This document shows positions 39,390 to 52,001 of a stretch of DNA of 64,000 nt, piece by piece. Position 1 is the stretch's first letter. Every line of letters starts with the position of its first letter. Source of the stretch: Octopus sinensis (taxonomy: Eukaryota); assembly GCF_006345805.1 (NCBI RefSeq), contig NC_043017.1:14756001-14820000 (forward strand), in the 5' to 3' direction. The notes below the pieces were generated by a model. The model saw nothing but the letters and a program-made list of their open reading frames with translations. It was not told the origin of the DNA and ran no database searches. A program made the position numbers and the translations under genes.

Positions 39390-40977
39390 TATATAATGAT
39401 GTAGAGAAGCCGTAGTAAGGGACTATCTACGGTAAATCTATCTCTCAGGTATGGGACTGTGTTAAAAGTAACATTGTATGTTTTGTTGGTTGCAATTAGA
39501 AATACACAAATACGTTTAACCTGAAACGATAACTATAAACTGCAAAATGGAAAAAGATTTCGAAAATATAATACTCAGTATTTTATGTAGAGGTGAGGCA
39601 TTAAGACATGTTTCGAACAAAATATTTTTGTTCCGATCCGTAAGTTAGCTGGTCTTGTCCCCTTGATTTTTCCGCAAATAAATATTAGCACGTACTTAAG
39701 TATGTCTACGTGCATACAAATATATTTATAGATGTCATCATTGTAACACATACCTCAAACAACTGGCTCACTAAATACGCCATTCATTTAATGTCACTGA
39801 CATCATTTTCCACAAAGCATTTAATATAAAGTGATTGGTTTTGCTAGATATGAAGGATTAGTTTTTGAAAAATTGAAAACGTGGATGTCATTCAAATGGA
39901 GCTAATTAGGAAGAACATTATTAATCTATCTGCTCATCTAGATGACAATATCTTGCTTTAATCTATATTAGTTCTGTGGCGGAAGACATATATGATATTT
40001 ATCCATATACGTGATATGAAACTTAGTCTAAATTAGGCCTTAGGACCGTGTTCAGGCATTCTTGGAATTTTCAGTTGCCTCTCTTGTAGAATTTTGTTTC
40101 TTTCTATTTTGCACTCTTTAATCAATCAATAAATCCTCACACATCAATCGCTGATCACAGCTGGATTTAGGGCCGCTTATGAGTTTCTGTTAGATCGAAA
40201 CACAATACCAACGTTATTTGTTCTTTTTACATTTCTGCATCCTCTCTCGCCCCCTCTACACAGATACATATATACACATACACACACGCATATACATACT
40301 CACACACACACACACACACACACACATATAATGTCTTATTCACATAAATATTCATGAATGAAGACACCTACACAGAAAGACGGCAGCCATATTTAGTAGT
40401 TTTACAACTGAATCCACTGACCAGTTCTATGTCTCTTTTCACACTCGCCGACAATTAACAGTAACATAGACAAGCTGCAAGATAATGGCCAACCTGTTTT
40501 CTTTGTCATCTAATTAGTTAGATCTTGGATTCATCAATAATTTACCAGACAAAAGTAATTAGATGACAAATCAAAGTAAGGAAGGTAACTTCGATTGGTT
40601 ATTGTTGTTGCTGTTCTTTAGTCTCAGGTCGAACTCGATCGAGCAGAAATACAAAGGGGTTTCCACAGTGACCACCTTTCTTTTCTTCACAATAGATTAT
40701 CCAGTGTTCTTTACTTAAGATAGCATCCTGTGAGTTGAGGGAAATTAGGCTGTTATTTTTCGCAGGTTAGGAAACTATATAAAGACTCTCATAAACAACG
40801 GTCAAATTTCGCTCAAATTCTTAGAATATTTATTGCAATGTTTAAGATGGGATAGTCTCATGTGAAATAGCTAGGGCAATAGATCGACGCGATCAAAACA
40901 GGCCTGGGGTTAAACAACATCAGCATCCACCACCAGATTTTAGGTCATCACAAGCGCACAGAAATACTAACTGATTA

Positions 40978-41045
<68 letters not shown>

Positions 41046-41264
41046 CTTATTTAAGCGACAATGCAAGCGAGAAAAAGCGTACTCAAAATGTAGAATATTT
41101 GTGTTTAAAGTCAATGATCCATCCAATAGATGCTCAGAGTTTTATGCTTGTGTGACTTTTCAGTCATTCTGAAAACTAATTAGAATGGTAGCGCATGCGT
41201 GTAAGTCAGTCTTGTATTTCGAGAATGAATTTTCAGCATTTGATAAAGAAATTCTTATACAAAT

Positions 41265-41600
41265 ACGTGGCCGTGTGGTAAGAAGCTTGCTTCCCGACCA
41301 CGTGGTTCCGGATTCAGTTCAGCTGCGTGGCACCTTGAGCAAGGGTCTTCCACTATAAGGCCGACCAAAGCCTTGTTTGTATGTGTGTGTGTGTGTGCGT
41401 ATGTCTTTTTGTCTGTGTTTGTCCATCCCACAATTTGACTTGACAACTGGTGTTGGTGTGTTTACGTCCCCGTAACCTAGCGGTTTGGCAAAAGGGACTG
41501 ATATAATAAGTACTAAGCTTAAAAAGACCCGGGGTTAATTTGTTCGACTAAAATCCTTCAAGGCGGTGCCCCCAGACGGAAAGAAGTAAAAGATAAAAGA
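41265..41600 (+). mobile_element. Near full-length tRNA-derived SINE
   Basis: A-box TGGCCGTGTGGT; B-box-like GGTTCCGGATTCAG; (TG) tract; core cttgacaactggtgttggtgtgtttacgtccccgtaac; tail cttcaaggcggtgccc...aagtaaaagataaaaga. Confidence 0.85.
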
Positions 41601-41641
41601 TACTTTTTTAACAGATACTTTTTCAAAGGGGCGCATCGTAT

Positions 41642-41698
<57 letters not shown>

Positions 41699-42542
41699 TG
41701 AGAGAGAAAGAGAGAGACAGAGACCGAGAGAGTGGGTGAGTGAGGTAGATAGATAGTAACTTCAGACTTCATGCTAAGCTTACGCTGCACAATCTGGATA
41801 CAATAAAGCTGAACACTTTTCTAAAATGCTTGTGACATAGAAATTGGATTTGATCCATGTTTGTTGCAACCGGTTACAGATTGATGTTAGAAGTGTGTTA
41901 CTTCCTTTGCAAGGTGGGAGTTGCCTCGGCAAAGGACAAAATAATTGATTGGTTGTTGAAGGACTTCAAGAATAGGTGATCAGGGAGGGGTGAATATGAA
42001 TCCCATATAAAATATAGAATGATTGTATAATTACAAAATAAACGTATAAAAGTGTTTTCCTCAGCGGGTTAAAACTTGAGAAAGGGAATAATTGTTTCTT
42101 GTGAATAGTTAAATATTAATGCATTCTACTCCATGCCAAAGTGCATGGAAATATATTTTTAAATATGATCTGTGTTATTGTTGTAAAGTACGAGATCATA
42201 ATTCTCTATTGATGGGTTAAAACGAAGTCCGAATGTGAAGTGACAGTTTGAATATTACTGTATAAAGATCATGAAATCCGACCATGATATCTTCTAGTGG
42301 ACCACGTGGTGCTTGACGAAGCAGGGATATTTAGTAAAGTTCTCTGACTTGACATCTATACAGCGTGCAGATTTATAAAGATCATTGAAAATAAGAAGCT
42401 TCTCAGATAAGCATGGCTCACAATGTGTCACATTTCTTTATTGTCTGCCTCTCTCGAGGATCTTTCACTTTACGTTGAAATAAGAAAAATCTTTGAAACT
42501 TCAGAAATATTTGGATACTTTGTTGTATACTTGAAGAATATA

Positions 42543-42595
<53 letters not shown>

Positions 42596-43738
42596 AATAT
42601 ATATATATACACACAAATATATATATATATACACACAAATATATATATACACCAAATTCTCATTCTTTGTAATTGTTTTCATTAGGCGAAATATCTATGT
42701 AACTTTCAAGGAAGAGACAGATCCTCCATAGAAATTTTTCAAAGAGAACTTTCCGACCTGTCTTTTTCACTTTCATCTTTTAGGCTCCTCTTTTCGTCTC
42801 GGCTTTTCTTCTCGTTGCCGCGATCCAGACAGTATACTATTCTTTAAGAAACAATAGGAAGCGCTTTCGAAATACTAACGATATTTCCACCCCACCCCAA
42901 CCACACACATTCTATTACCATCAATTTGTCACAGCAAAACTTTCAAATCTTTTTTTTAATATTTGAATGTGAACGACGTTTTGTGAATGGCCTTAAATAC
43001 CTAGCATTGTCTGAAATATACAGGTATCTATTTCATGTTTATTCATTTGTTTTTAGCTAACTTTTATCGTTTCATCTGCTTCCAATAAGATGCTTTTTTA
43101 TTTATTGATTTCCTTTTTCTTCACGTATTCAATCGAATGCGTCCTTTTTGTTCGCTATTTGCATAAGCTTAATAATGTTTTCTTTTTCCATACTTTAAAT
43201 TCTCTTCGATACTCAGAGATGCAATACTCACAAACTGTATATATATATATATATAATATATATATATATATAATATACAAATATATATATATATATATAT
43301 ACATACTCTCTTTACTCTTTACTCTTTTAGTTGTTTCAGTCATTTGACTGTGGTCATGCTGGAGCACCACCTTAGAAAATTAATACTCCTAGGTCTCACC
43401 GATATATATATATATATATACATACATATATATATACCTATATTTATATATAAATACATATGTATACATACATATATATACACATATATATACATACACA
43501 CATACATATATATATGCTTATACACACATATATATACATATATATACGCTTATACACACACATATATATATATATACATATACACACATGCACATACATT
43601 TATATATATATATATATATATATACATACATACATATGCTTTCGGTGCGAATGACTTTATTATACGGCGCACTTTTTACAATTCTGTAAATAATAATAAT
43701 GGCATTTTTATATAAGCTTAAAGCTTATAGCGATCACC

Positions 43739-43866
43739 GTGCAATGACTAAAGAAAATAGTCCAATACTGGGACTTATAAAGCCGAGACAGAAGAAAAAT
43801 AGGCTTTCCTCACCTACGCGGATTGGAAAGTCTTCTTTACTTGACTACTTTCTCTAGTCATTGCAC
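43739..43866. repeat. 128-bp fold-back with 24-bp terminal inverted repeats (possible MITE)
   Basis: GTGCAATGACTAAAGAAAATAGTC (43739-43762) versus GACTACTTTCTCTAGTCATTGCAC (43843-43866); the outer 12 bp are perfect and 22 of 24 pair. Confidence 0.7.
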
Positions 43867-44013
43867 CCTGATCGCCATAAGCTTTACGCTTATATAAAAA
43901 TACCATTATTATTATTACAGGACACACACACACACCACACACACAAACACACACCACACACACACACATATCACACACACACACACACACTCACCACACA
44001 CCACACCTATATC

Positions 44014-44067
<54 letters not shown>

Positions 44068-44761
44068 TAAACATATTTCTGTATCATTATATCAGTATTT
44101 TATTATGATTATATATGATGGAGATTTTGTGCGTTAGAACCTAAACCTAAACTGGATGTAATTATGCCCGAGTAACGTTGATCAATTTCCGTTCTGGACA
44201 AAGCCATCAACCTTGTATTCCCTACTTCCATTTAAAACACAAACCGAGACCAAATTGTTGACTGAATTCAGTAATTCCATGCCCCATTGTTATCTGCAAA
44301 AATGCAGGATTTGCTCTGAATCACCGATAAAATTATATACCCTACTCTGTGAGATATACAACTGTTTTTCTAATTTACTATTTCCGTTTTTTTGTAGCAG
44401 TTCTATTCAAGGTGATATCATACGTTTCTTATCTACCTCTAACGGAGATAGCACAATATCCTTTGTTTGCATTGTCTCTAGGCAGTGATATATTCTTCGA
44501 TACATACACGATCAATGGAAAAGGAACTGTTGGTCGACGGCAACTATTCTATTGCGATTTAGAAGGACATGCGCACTCATTCATGTCTTATCGGTGTGAA
44601 ATCATCTTCAGTGCATGTACTGAGTACACTTTTTAATAGCGCGCATTTCTAAATCAGGTCTATGCCTTTTCACAACTACGCGACCACCTAAATCAAATAG
44701 AGAAAGCACAGAACATTCTGATACCAAGGACCGTCTAATACAACTGATAAATACGTGCATA

Positions 44762-44765
44762 TGTA

Positions 44766-44826
<61 letters not shown>

Positions 44827-44870
44827 GTCTATCTATCTATCTTTCTATCTGTCCGTCTGTCTGTTTATCT
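44762..44870. repeat. (TATC)n grading into (TGTC)n microsatellite
   Basis: Directly visible. Confidence 0.9.
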
Positions 44871-45589
44871 GTCTAACACTCTCTCCCATCTCCCTCAGAT
44901 GTGCATATAAATATTACAATGATTGATAGGACCTGACATCCCTTAAAGATAGTCAAATTTATAACCCGATGCTATCTCTTATCAATTATCATCACACGTG
45001 AAGAGGATACTTTCTCCAGCCTGCTCCATCATTAAATAGTCTCCCTGCGTTTTCTTCCCAACCAAGTCGTCGAACTGGTTGGTCCACAAACTTCAGTTTA
45101 GGAGAGAAATGAAAGGGTAGAAGTTAGGGGCGAGAATGCAAAAAATAGATAGAGAAAAGCAGAGAGCGAGAGAGAGAGAGAGAGAGAGAGAGATTCACGA
45201 GCAGGATGTACGTTATTACCCCATTATCTACATGTCTAACATCGATCGTTGCAGTCTTGTTGAGTTGCTGTTTTTTTTCTATCCCATTGAATAATCCTCT
45301 TATTATGTTGTATTGTAATACAATGCAGTTTTCCTTTCACACTAATGTTCTTAATCTCATCTAGTTTTTTCATCACTTATTTACAAATCCTTTCGTCTTT
45401 CTCTCTTGCATTCATTTTTACCTTCACCATTCACCGCTTCCCCTTCTCATGCCACCTTTTCTTAGTTTCTGTTTATAGGATTTCTTCTGCGTTCTTTACT
45501 CGCTTCTTATACAATTTGTCTGTCTACAAGTTCAAAGTAGCATACACTCAAACATACACACGAACACATACACACACCAAGACATACAT

Positions 45590-45638
<49 letters not shown>

Positions 45639-45699
45639 GTGTGTGTGTGCGTGCGTATAATTCATAACATACACAACATTTACATATTGCACGTAAAGC

Positions 45700-45731
<32 letters not shown>

Positions 45732-46015
45732 TACACACATACAAATATAAACACACATATACACACGCACACCGTGAAAGACATGTTTACACACACAGAC
45801 ACGCGAAGATATATAAACCTTTAGCTGGTCACTTCTTTCGATTATTACCCCCCGCTTCCCCCGCTGTCACCGTTGCCCACTCAACGGCCGCCATCTTTGT
45901 TCTCAATACTTCAATTATCTCAACTCCTGAGATACACCATTTTATTCTGTTGATTTCATGTCTCACATAACCTACCTTTCTAACCCAACTCACGCTTGTT
46001 TTACGCTATTCTCTC

Positions 46016-46066
<51 letters not shown>

Positions 46067-46475
46067 AATACCCACTTTAAACTAGCAATCTTTTATTGAT
46101 TATTTCTGTTTTTTGTTTCGCTACTTTCCCTCCTTTCCCTAACACTCTCACTATCATGCACGGCCCAACATCATAACCCAACAATATGCTGTTTCGACCA
46201 TTTCCTTTCCAAAACTTCCATTTCTTTTCAACTCTTGCTTATGTTATTCTAATGTATTTGCTTTAGATAAAAATCACTTTAATATCTACTGCGAGCACAC
46301 AGACTGCACCAGACAGAAATAGAACCGTTTTCATCTCTCAGGTCAATTTTAATAGCAATGTGTGTGTGTGTATACGCATATACACATATATGATTTCATA
46401 TTACATATGTGTGTCTGTGTGTATATTCGTGAGCGGTTATATAGATGTATATATAGATCTCTCTCTCTCTCTCTC

Positions 46476-46557
<82 letters not shown>

Positions 46558-47494
46558 TATGATATCTGATCTGGCAACTTTTCGTGTTTTCAGCTTTTAT
46601 ATAGGAAGCAATGTGAAATCTGGCAGAGAGGCCTCACCTGATAAAGAGGCAATATATGAAAACATAATAAATTGTTACAAGATTATAGAAAACGTCCATT
46701 ACTTTTGACGTGTTCTCGTCGTACGTGTATAGACTGACAATAAATGTGAATTGAATAATTGGATAAACGATGGAGTCGGAACCATTGTTACTAGGACAAT
46801 ATTACTTTCGACTCTACATAAGAAATATTCTCATAAAAAATATATACGTTGCTTCTGTTCGTAATTAAATTACTTTGTTTGAAGTTCAGTGCATCACTAC
46901 ACCAACTCAGATTCTGTTCTGAAATATGTCAATTAATATACACACACGCATAATCTCACACACGCACACACGCTCAAACACACACATCCACACACGCATG
47001 TGCACACATATGTTTGTGTGTATGTATATATTACTTATTCCTTGGCAAATCGCTTCTAAATAGAAGCAGTATCTGAGCGATTCGCTCAGAGACAGCCCCA
47101 GCTACAGCACATACACGTAAAACTGCGAATTTTACCGGTGTTAAATTATAAGGCACAAAAAGAAAATGACTCTCCCCAGACACAACAGAATATGCTTCAA
47201 CACGAACTCACATAAAGAATTTTGCAAACCAAATCCAAAAACGAAATACATATATATACATGTATATAATATATATACATATATATATATAATATACACA
47301 TATAATATATATACACACACATATATATGCATTTGTGTGTATATATATATCTGTGTGTATATATGTATGCATGTATATATATATATGTGTGTGTGTGTAT
47401 ATATATATGTGTCTGTATACATACATATGTTTGTATATATATGTGCGTCTGTATACACAAATATATGTGTGTGTGTGTCTGTATACATACATTC

Positions 47495-47527
<33 letters not shown>

Positions 47528-49241
47528 CACAAGCACTGATTGTAAAATTAAGCAATTACTTCGAGTAATTAACTTTTTTATCCATGATAAATAAAACACT
47601 GCTCTTAATGTACTAAATTCAGCCGTCATTTAATGCTGTTAATGTTTTACGCTGTATTTTTTTCTATGTAACTAAAACCATTTATTATAGTATGTCTGTC
47701 TGTCAACCGCCCCCCGCCATCTCCCTCTCCCTCCATCTCTTTCTATAAACGCACACAAATATTCATAAGATATATTGACTGTGTTTCACAAAGTACTTCC
47801 TATTTATTAGCAATGTGCTTAATTAATAATTCAAAGAAAGGAAATTATTTGGTGCTATGACAGCTAGTATGTGAAAATTAGAAAAGGAATTGAATAATCT
47901 CGAAAATACAATACAAACCATATTTGATATACATGCATAGTCGTGTGTGTGTGTGAAGAGGAGAAGAGAGAGAGAGAGAGAGTCTCGGTGGTCCCAATTG
48001 GATATACCTGTTGTTCATTTCCTTGACTGAGTCATTTCAGGATTTCGATCTTCAACTAATGAGTCATTCATTGTTTAGCTTCTTTCCTCTGATCTGACCG
48101 GCAAATTATATCGTCATCGAGTGTAACCTAAATGATACAGCGAGATGATCTAAACTGTCAATTTACCAACAGACAGTTACAGCACACAATCACACACTCA
48201 CGACGACAATTCTGGAAAAAGACCGATCTGTGATACGGTACAGTTTCCTTTTCTTTCACTTTCGGGCAACTTCGCCATCTGTCGCTCTACTCGGTACACT
48301 ACTTCTGAACCAACGATAAATTGCTGGAGAAATTGTGACGTGCAAATACAAGAAATAAAAATAATAAATAATACATTCATGAAACTCACAGCTCCCCTTC
48401 ATTAATCTCAGATAGACGATAATCGTCCGCTAAAGCATTAGGATTCCGCAAGCTATTTTCCTAAAACACCTAATGCCGGTTCTTAGCAGTGAGGTCAGCT
48501 CAGGCAATAAAAGAGTCAAGCGACTTTTCCGAATGACACGGCGATTTCCATGCAGTATTAAATTAAACGGCTTCTGATTTAGATATAAGGCCAGTAATTT
48601 TGAGGGCGGATTAGACGAAGGCGAATGTGACCTCGGTTAGATCAAAGACAACATAAAAGTGGGAAGAAAAATCGCATGGTACTTTGTCTGAAGCTCGAAC
48701 GCTTCTGCCTGCTCGCTGCTTGACAGGTTTGAAGAAGAAACATTTGCTATGGTCATTTCTATCAACGGCAATGTTCAATTATTTTGGTTGGTTCTAGTAT
48801 AAAATATTATCAAGTAAAGTAACTTCTGTGAAACGCAAATAGAAATTCGGTTTCGATTCTCTGCTGAGACACTTTTGCGATATTCAAATCCCTGATGAAC
48901 TCGGAAAAATAATGAATGTCACAACATCGCATTATAACTCAAACGTACATTCTTGTTGCCTAGCTATTGAAGTAATATTTCAGGGAGCAGCGTTCATAGA
49001 CATTTCCCGTCCTCGCTCTCTTAATTCTAACAATAGGTCTACCATCACGCCACTAACGACGCAGACATAGTCTTATAATCACACTAGAGCAGAAGTGAAA
49101 CCTTAACCAATAAAAACATACATTTTAAAAGCAATAGAGCGCTTACATTTTTTGCTTTCCATCAGTTTTGTTGGAAGCCATTTTAACTAAGAAAAAGATC
49201 AAAATATAAATATCCTTTCTAACTCCCCCCATCTCCCCTTC

Positions 49242-49275
<34 letters not shown>

Positions 49276-49863
49276 TTGTATACACAGGCACGCACACACA
49301 TTCATCTATCCACGCTCCGTCTTTTTCCACATCCTCAACACAAGCATTCACACGCACAGAAGACATATGCGCACACCTAACATCTACTACAAACACTCAT
49401 ACACGAACGCAACTTCACTGCATACGTACCTACAATAATACATACTACACACTAACATCCACACAAACACACATAAGAAAATAAAAAAAAGTAAAATTTC
49501 TATTTAAATAACATTTCAATTCGTTGAAAACAAACAAAAAAAAAAGAATATCGTGATAAAATGTATATCTATTAATGCGGCAGTGCTCCAGCTTGGTCTC
49601 AGACGTGATAGTTAAAAGAAAGTAAAGAACAAAACTATTGTTATGATTTGTGGATTTGAAATGTTGCAAAAATAAACATATAATAAACAAACAACTGAAA
49701 ATCCGCTGAGAGACTCTGGAGCTGATAACATTAAAATCCTTGAAAAAGTAGAAGAAATTGTTAACGCGAAGTAAACTATTTTTAGCAATCTTCTCGTGGA
49801 ACCATTTAGCTAGTGATTTTTGTGGAATTGGTTGCCATGGATTTCATATCAATTTGAAAACAA

Positions 49864-50125
49864 TTTGATAAAATTATAGGGATGCATACGGGGTATTTTA
49901 GAAAGGTGAATCGCTTGAGTTTGATAAAATGATAAAGGTATATCCGGTTAAATTTAGCAAGGTGAGTGCACAGAGTTTGATAAAAATAATGAGCGTACAT
50001 TATGGTATTTCAGAAAGGCAAGTCCATTAAGTTGTAGGGTGTATACGGGTTTGCTTGCAAGGTGAAACCACTGAGTTTGATTATTCTACAGAAGTACATA
50101 CGGGTATTTCAACAACTGAATCTAT
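49864..50125. repeat. Old 56-bp minisatellite, ~5 units
   Basis: Unit starts (tttgataaaa-like) at 49864, 49920, 49976, 50032 (shorter) and 50076. Confidence 0.75.
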
Positions 50126-50242
50126 ACCGATAAAAGGAAGTGTGCTTAACTGCTGCTTATATTAATTTTATACATACACATTAGCAAATCGCTAAATCAT
50201 CCAATAATTTGAACGACAAAAACAAATACTAATGGCAAGCGA

Positions 50243-50345
50243 GTCCGAAAAGTGCAGAACAGGCGAGCTGGCTTCACTGATGAGGCAAGGGAAATTACCG
50301 AAATTGACGTCAGTATTAGGAATTCTCGACCGGCACTTTTCGGAC
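50243..50345 (+). ncRNA. Type-I hammerhead ribozyme candidate with canonical core inside a 13-bp stem
   Basis: CUGAUGA (50277-83), GGCAA-GGGAAA-UUACC, GAAA (50300-03), UUGACGUCAG-UA^. Enclosed by GTCCGAAAAGTGC / GCACTTTTCGGAC. Confidence 0.6.
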
Positions 50346-50667
50346 GATTATACTCCCTGCTAGTGTATATGTTTTCATTCATGTGCATTAACTACAGCAT
50401 TAGAGTATTTTAGCTTTTCCTAACACCCTGGTCACATTTAGTGACAATTACAATTCTCCTGTTTGGTGAAACATTGCAAACTGGTGTTTGCATTAATTTT
50501 ATACGTGTGCGTGTATTTGTGTGTGTGTGTGTGTGTTGATATGCATAGAGGGAAATCAATTAGGAACGACGAATTCAAAAACAAAAACGACAAAAGTCAA
50601 CGGAGCGTTTAAAGGGAATATTATTGTTTTGACACTTGGTGGAAGTTTTAGAGGGAAAAAGTGAAAG

Positions 50668-50698
50668 TAAAACGATTCAATTATAGCCCTTCGTCAGA
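50668..50698 (-). ncRNA. Decayed minimal hammerhead relic
   Basis: Minus strand reads CUGACGA-AGGGCUAUAAUU-GAAUCGUU; helix II and the GAAA are damaged. Confidence 0.3.
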
Positions 50699-51164
50699 CA
50701 TGCGAAAGGAAGTCCAGAGAAGACGAAAAGAGAAAAGAAGAGGTAATAGGAACGGAGAGTAGATGAAAAGCACGTAAGTGGCAACATCTATGCAGAGAAA
50801 CTCACCCCATTAAAAAATAAATAAATAAATAAATAAATAAAGTGATTATCTCCCTTATACCGGAAGAAACCCCTTATTACCTCCCCCTGCCTGGAACTTT
50901 TCTTTGCACTTCATAACGAAGACATGACACGATGTAGGTAAAGAACTTTGAAAAATTGAAAAGTTTACACGAAACCGGTTTTTCTCCAAAAACTGTTACT
51001 ATACACAAACTTTTATAACATTTTTCTAACATAACGACTTAAATATATTTTTTAACCTTATAAAACAAGTTTTCTGTAGTTTTTCACTCTTTTCTATTTT
51101 TTTATATATCTAACCACGTGCTTTCACACACCAACTTTCTCACCTATATATATATATATATATA

Positions 51165-51578
51165 GGTAATGAAATATTATGGAGGTGAACTCTTTTCAAG
51201 AAACAACAGCGCATGGCTCAGTTTATTGAGCGATTAGATTAAAGTATTAACTTGAAAGTTCCAAGGTCAGTAATACTCCTCATCAAAGCCGACACATCTC
51301 CAAACACAGACGGCATATATAAGCCATTACAACCATGCGACCACATATAAAAACACACACACACACACACATATATATATTATATATATAGGTAATGAAA
51401 TATTATGGAGGTGAACTCTTTTCAAGAAACAACAGCGCATGGCTCAGTTTATTGAGCGATTAGATTAAAGTATTAACTTGAAAGTTCCAAGGTCAGTAAT
51501 ACTGCTCATCAAAGCCGACACATCTCCAAACACAGACGGCATATATAAGCCATTACAACCATGCGACCACATATAAAA

Positions 51579-51616
<38 letters not shown>
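51165..51616. repeat. Direct tandem duplication of a 226-bp unit
   Basis: Copies start at 51165 and 51391. The unique part differs by one visible substitution (aatactcctc / aatactgctc). Confidence 0.92.
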
Positions 51617-51640
<24 letters not shown>

Positions 51641-51781
51641 TAGTATAATTCCGTGCCCAAATCGAAGTCGGATAAGTAATTGCATAAATACATACAGATA
51701 AATGAGGAAGTCTCAAGCGGGTGAGATAACAGTTCACAATAATCCAAAAGGGAAGTCCTGAAATTAATCCAATAATTAGAA

Positions 51782-51875
51782 AGCGCCTTACGGCAGTTTC
51801 CGGGAATGTCCGAAGAAATGTGTAGGTAAGAACTTTTGAACTTCGGTAATCCACATTTCCTTCATCGGAGAATAT
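51782..51875 (-). ncRNA. Hammerhead candidate with CCGAUGA core and long helix II
   Basis: CCGAUGA (51868-62), then AGGAAAUGU...ACAUUCCCG with an inner CCGAAG/CUUCGG stem, then GAAAC-UGCC-GUA^. Helix I has only ~3 bp. Confidence 0.5.
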
Positions 51876-52001
51876 GTATGGATTTGGAATTTTGAAACAG
51901 AATCATCAAATTATTCGTGAGATTGTAAAAATGTGTTTAAGACTATCCAGTAATTATATACAAGTATAAAAATTCCGAGATTATACTTGTATATAATTAC
52001 T

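Noticed and set aside
41265-41340. tRNA genes at SINE heads
   Set aside because: The A/B boxes are present but there is no cloverleaf, and they run into SINE bodies.
44482-44636. Plus-strand exon GSDIFFDTYTINGKGTV...
   Set aside because: The acceptor is plausible but there is no good donor or recognisable domain.
49828-49841. RFX X-box-like GTTGCCATGG, plus YY1-like motifs near 45886 and 53997
   Set aside because: These are isolated short motifs with no promoter evidence and are expected by chance.
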